In this document: in pieces, positions 41,971 to 45,441 of the stretch
How the letters are laid out: each line of letters begins with the position of its first letter
Numbering within the stretch: the first letter of the stretch is position 1
Virus record (IMG/VR): IMGVR_UViG_3300045988_038629
Span: 1-45,441 of that record
Direction: 5' to 3' (one strand)
DNA: 45,441 nt
DNA from: a virus
Made by a program: the position numbers and the translations under genes
The notes under the pieces: generated by a model
What the model was told of the DNA's origin: nothing
Seen by the model: only the letters and a program-made list of their open reading frames with translations
Databases searched by the model: none

Positions 41971-42047
41971 TTGTGAGTTTATAATATCACGATGTGAGTT
42001 ATATGTCAACACTAAATATTGACTTTGTGAGTTTTTTATGATATATT
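41971..42047. promoter_or_regulatory. Lysis-lysogeny switch: divergent promoters and three direct operator repeats (T/A)TGTGAGTT
   Basis: Minus-strand promoter: TTGACA (42004-42009) -17- TATTAT (41981-41986). Plus-strand promoter: TTGACT (42019-42024) -17- TATATT (42042-42047). Operators at 41971, 41992 and 42025. Confidence 0.7.
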
Positions 42048-42067
42048 ATCATTGGAGGTGAGGAAAA

Positions 42068-42433
42068 TTGAAAGACAGAATCAAACAAGTGCGCAAATCC
42101 CAGAAGCTCACTCAGACAGCATTTGGAGACATAATTGGAGTAAAGGGAAATACCATTACTAATTATGAAACTGGTTTAAGAAATCCAACAGATGCTGTTA
42201 TCAAATCTATATGCAGAGAGTTTGGAGTGAGTGAAGAATGGCTCAGAACAGGAAAAGGAAGTATGTTCGTTCCAGAGAACAAAAACGATGAAATTTCTAA
42301 GCTGTTTGGAAATGTTCTAAAGTCTAGTGATGATGATTTTAAATACCGTCTCATCAATGCTCTGGCAAAGCTGGATGATTCCGGATGGGATAACTTAGAA
42401 AAACTCTTAGACACAATTTACGAAAAGAAATAA
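42068..42433 (+). CDS. CI-like XRE-family repressor (no S24 peptidase domain)
   Basis: HTH LTQTAFGDIIGVKGNTITNYETG. TTG start after GGAGGTGAGG. Confidence 0.8.
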   Translation: MKDRIKQVRKSQKLTQTAFGDIIGVKGNTITNYETGLRNPTDAVIKSICREFGVSEEWLRTGKGSMFVPENKNDEISKLFGNVLKSSDDDFKYRLINALAKLDDSGWDNLEKLLDTIYEKK

Positions 42434-42440
42434 GAAAATA

Positions 42441-42477
42441 GCCAAGGGCAATGCGCAAACCCTTGGCTTTTCTTTTT
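42441..42477. terminator. Bidirectional intrinsic terminator
   Basis: GCCAAGGG-11 nt-CCCTTGGC with T-rich flanks on both strands. Confidence 0.75.
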
Positions 42478-42574
42478 AACCGATTAATGTTTTTATGAAA
42501 ATGTATATTGACCTCAGCCAACATCTGTTTTCTATCTTTTGTATCATTTCAATAATTTCTTTCTTGTAATCCAT
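42476..42574 (-). CDS. Hypothetical 32-aa protein
   Basis: MDYKKEIIEMIQKIENRCWLRSIYIFIKTLIG. GGTAGGAGGT RBS. Confidence 0.4.
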   Translation of the reverse strand: MDYKKEIIEMIQKIENRCWLRSIYIFIKTLIG

Positions 42575-43064
42575 ATTATACCTCCTACCGTCCAAAAACA
42601 TTTGTTCTCTTTTACATTATCTTTGGTACGATAAAACGGCATCGGCAGACAAATCCCTCCTTGCTAACTGCCAGTGATAAACCAGAATGTGCGTAATTGC
42701 AAAGAAAATATTCGCACTATCGAATATAAAATGCGTTTTACGTGGAATTATACGGTATAGCAGCACAAAAATAATCTGTATCTGGTTAGGAACGCTCCTT
42801 CTGACTGTAGAATGTCTGCTAGATTGCCGGACAAGGCTGACCGTAGAATTTTTACATGAGAGATTGCGTGTCCGACTCGGAACATGAACTATGTAACTGA
42901 TTATCAATATTATTCCGACAAAAATTATAACTTTTTTGGCTAATTTCAAAATACCGCCTCTTTTTTTAGACAAAAACAACTTTACATGATGTATATAATA
43001 GCACATTTTTACACTGTTTTAAATAAATCCGACAAATTTCGAAACAAAAATTTTAACAAAAATA

Positions 43065-43093
43065 TTCTAAAACTTTACAATATGTGCTAGAAT
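43065..43093 (+). promoter_or_regulatory. Extended -10 promoter TGCTAGAAT
   Basis: TG at 43085-43086, TAGAAT at 43088-43093. The -35 (TTCTAA) is weak. Confidence 0.45.
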
Positions 43094-43123
43094 CAACTCA
43101 AAAGTATAAGGAGGAACTGTAGT

Positions 43124-43669
43124 ATGAGTACAGAGAAAACTAAGAAATGCAAGTATTGCAAAACAGAGATTCCGGCGGACGCTAAAGTATGCCCGCAGTG
43201 CCGAAAGAAATTAAAAGGTGGAAAGCTCAAATGGGTTGTGCTGATAATCCTTGTCGGAGCGATCATCGGAGCTGTAGCGGGTGAAAGTGATTCGGAATCA
43301 GGTAAAAGTGCAACAACGGCTACTTCTTCAGAAAAGAAAGAAGCTGCACCGATCGAGTATACCACTGTTTCCGTTAATGATATGATGGCAGATCTTGATA
43401 ACAATGCCATGGGAGCATCTGATAAATACAAAGATAAATATCTTGAGATTACTGGAAAACTTACAAACATTGACGCTTCTGGAAAGTATATTAACTTGAT
43501 GGCTGATGGAGACTTTGAGATTATCGGAGTTCAATGCTACATAAAAAATGATGAACAAAAAACAAAAGTAGCTTCCATGACCAAAGGAGAGACAGTTACT
43601 TTAAAAGGGAAATGTACAGATGTTGGAGAAGTCTTTGGATATTCTCTTGATATTGATGAAATAGAATAA
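43124..43669 (+). CDS. Zinc-ribbon/TM/extracellular OB-fold (tRNA_anti-like) membrane protein, probable lysogen-expressed surface protein
   Basis: CKYC...CPQC, then TM WVVLIILVGAIIGAVAG, then the MGASDKYKDKYLEITGKL OB-fold-like domain. Confidence 0.7.
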   Translation: MSTEKTKKCKYCKTEIPADAKVCPQCRKKLKGGKLKWVVLIILVGAIIGAVAGESDSESGKSATTATSSEKKEAAPIEYTTVSVNDMMADLDNNAMGASDKYKDKYLEITGKLTNIDASGKYINLMADGDFEIIGVQCYIKNDEQKTKVASMTKGETVTLKGKCTDVGEVFGYSLDIDEIE

Positions 43670-43680
43670 ATAATAAAAAA

Positions 43681-43712
43681 GCCGGCTCCTGCGACCAACA
43701 GGAACCGGTTTA
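43681..43712 (+). terminator. Hairpin terminator (short T-run)
   Basis: CCGGCTCCTG-CGACCAA-CAGGAACCGG followed by TTT. Confidence 0.5.
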
Positions 43713-43806
43713 ATAAATAAGATAATCTCGGAGAAAATCTTACCTACACTATGATTATATCATCTCCTGGATTATCGCACAAGTTAAAAAAAAGGAGAAT
43801 GATAAA

Positions 43807-45381
43807 ATGAATGAATCAGTATGCATCTATCTAAGGAAATCCAGAGCTGATCGGGAAGCTGAAGCGCATGGAGAGGGTGAAACCCTCGCCAGACATGAAC
43901 GGATCCTGTTAGATCTCGCAAAGAAAAAAGAGTACATCGTGGGCGCTATTTACCGCGAAGTGGTATCGGGAGAAACTATCGCCGACCGTCCTGTTATGCA
44001 GCAGCTTCTCCACGAAGTAGAATCCGGTATGTGGGATGGAGTTCTGGTTGTGGAAGTAGAACGTCTCGCCAGAGGTGATACTATAGACCAAGGCGTTGTG
44101 TCCAGGGCTTTCCAATATTCCGATACGAAGATTATTACCCCAACAAAAATATATGACCCAAACAACGAATTTGATGAAGAGTATTTTGAGTTTGGGCTAT
44201 TCATGAGCCGCCGAGAATACAAAACCGTCAAGCGCCGTCTGAATGCCGGAAGGATCTCATCAATAAAAGAAGGGAAATACTGTGGTAACAAACCACCTTA
44301 CGGATACGAAAGAGTTAAGCTCGAAAAAGAAAAAGGCTATACTCTCCGACCTGTTCCGGCTCAGGCTGAGATTGTAAAAATGATCTACACCTGGTATGCC
44401 GGTGATGGCTGCGAACAAATTGGAGTCGCGAAGATTGCACGGAAATTAAATGAAATGGGAATAGAATCTGCACTGGGCGGCGACTGGACTCCTGCCAGTA
44501 TACAGGGAATTCTGACAAATCCGGTATACATCGGGAAAATCCGATGGAATGGGAGAAAAACAGTGAAGACTATACAGAATGGTCAAGTAATTAAGACACG
44601 CCCACGATCAAAAGATACTCTTATTTGTGATGGATTGCATCCGGCTATTATATCGGAGGACCTGTTTAACTCCGTACAGGAAATACGAAAAAAGAACCCA
44701 CCTCGACCAGTTAGTATAGCAAACTCGATTCGTAATCCACTTGCCGGAATTGTCTATTGCAGCAAATGCGGTCGCGCCATGGTTCGCCGTCCTTATCAAA
44801 AGCGCGGACAGGAAGATACCCTCATGTGTCCATATACGTCTTGCCCCACAGTAAGTAGCAAGTTGCCTCTGGTTGAAAAAGCTGTGATTGATGGAATTAG
44901 GGAGATTGTGGAGGAATATAAGTTAAACAATGATATTAATATATCTTCAAAGGATATTGATTGCGGAATAACTTCTAAGCAGAATCTCATACACGAAAAA
45001 GAAAACGAGCTGAAAAACTTAAACTCTCAGAAGGCGAAACAATATGATCTGCTTGAACAGGGTATCTACACCACAGAGGTTTTTCTTGAACGTGCTAAAA
45101 CAATATCCGCATCTATCCAGTCATGCTCCGATACTATAGAAAAATTAAAAGAAGAAATCAAACATGGCGAGAACATTATAAAACAACGGTCGGATTTTAT
45201 CCCGCGTTGCGAAGAGTTGCTTGATAATTATTGGAGCCTTGACACGGAATCGAAGAATAAAATGCTTAAGAGTTTGATTGAAAAGGTTGTCTACTCAAAA
45301 GATACAAAAAACGCTTATGGGAAAGGCAACGAGATTGGTTTTCAGCTAGACATTTTCCCAAAAATTCAAAAGAATAATTAA
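43807..45381 (+). CDS. int: Large serine recombinase (integrase)
   Basis: N-terminal resolvase domain with YLRKSRAD (catalytic Ser), a recombinase domain, the zinc ribbon CSKCG...CPYTSC, and a C-terminal coiled coil. Confidence 0.9.
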   Translation: MNESVCIYLRKSRADREAEAHGEGETLARHERILLDLAKKKEYIVGAIYREVVSGETIADRPVMQQLLHEVESGMWDGVLVVEVERLARGDTIDQGVVSRAFQYSDTKIITPTKIYDPNNEFDEEYFEFGLFMSRREYKTVKRRLNAGRISSIKEGKYCGNKPPYGYERVKLEKEKGYTLRPVPAQAEIVKMIYTWYAGDGCEQIGVAKIARKLNEMGIESALGGDWTPASIQGILTNPVYIGKIRWNGRKTVKTIQNGQVIKTRPRSKDTLICDGLHPAIISEDLFNSVQEIRKKNPPRPVSIANSIRNPLAGIVYCSKCGRAMVRRPYQKRGQEDTLMCPYTSCPTVSSKLPLVEKAVIDGIREIVEEYKLNNDINISSKDIDCGITSKQNLIHEKENELKNLNSQKAKQYDLLEQGIYTTEVFLERAKTISASIQSCSDTIEKLKEEIKHGENIIKQRSDFIPRCEELLDNYWSLDTESKNKMLKSLIEKVVYSKDTKNAYGKGNEIGFQLDIFPKIQKNN

Positions 45382-45441
45382 TGATATCTTCTATGTGCCA
45401 ACGAACTGGCTCATTGATGTTGTCGGTAATTAAAAAAAAGA
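45323..45441. repeat. Terminal direct repeat, identical to 1..119
   Basis: Same as above. Confidence 0.95.

Larger units (their letters stand above)
1..45441. mobile_element. Complete temperate siphovirus-like phage genome, circularly closed contig (45322 bp unique)
   Basis: Terminal 119-nt identity. Lysogeny, replication, packaging, head, tail and lysis modules are all present. Confidence 0.85.

Noticed and set aside
42823-42833. 11-nt match ATTGCCGGACA to the 18-bp repeat unit
   Set aside because: It is a single short match with no extended similarity and is probably coincidental.
43074-43079. TTTACA as the -35 for the OB-fold gene promoter
   Set aside because: It lies only 8 nt from the TAGAAT -10. 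The promoter is better read as an extended -10 (TGCTAGAAT).

Overview
The first 119 nt are identical to the last 119 nt, so this window looks like a complete, circularly closed genome (45,322 bp unique) of a temperate siphovirus-type phage. The host is inferred to be Gram-positive and Clostridia/Lachnospiraceae-like, from the GGAGG-type RBSs, an A118-type holin, a CHAP+SH3b endolysin and a large serine integrase. Almost all lytic genes are on the minus strand. Reading right to left they run as follows. A CI/early-promoter switch lies at about 41.97-42.05 kb, followed by small early genes that include an 18-bp-repeat beta-solenoid gene. Next is a recombination/replication module: Sak4-like ATPase, DUF669 SSB, ERCC4 nuclease, a CHC2 zinc-finger protein, a DUF927 helicase, an iteron cluster and a Pif1/RecD-like helicase. 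A DNA-modification/anti-restriction block follows (PAPS-reductase-like, Lar, orphan methyltransferase), together with many tiny Cys-rich ORFs. Then come the late regulator, terS, terL and portal, and a head-morphogenesis gene split by an HNH-AP2 endonuclease plus an antisense RHH gene. After that sit an insulated five-gene cassette of unusual Cys-rich, Q/N-rich and C1q-like proteins, two tRNAs, scaffold, capsid, the connector genes (with a displaced holin) and the tail genes. The tail genes comprise the major tail protein, chaperones, tape measure, Dit-like protein, a 1161-aa Tal with an S74 chaperone, and two small fibre paralogs; the endolysin closes the series. The plus strand carries the lysogeny-type genes: the CI-like repressor, a membrane OB-fold protein, the serine integrase, and several antisense-embedded small cassettes. 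All family assignments come from reading motifs in the translations. No database search was run.
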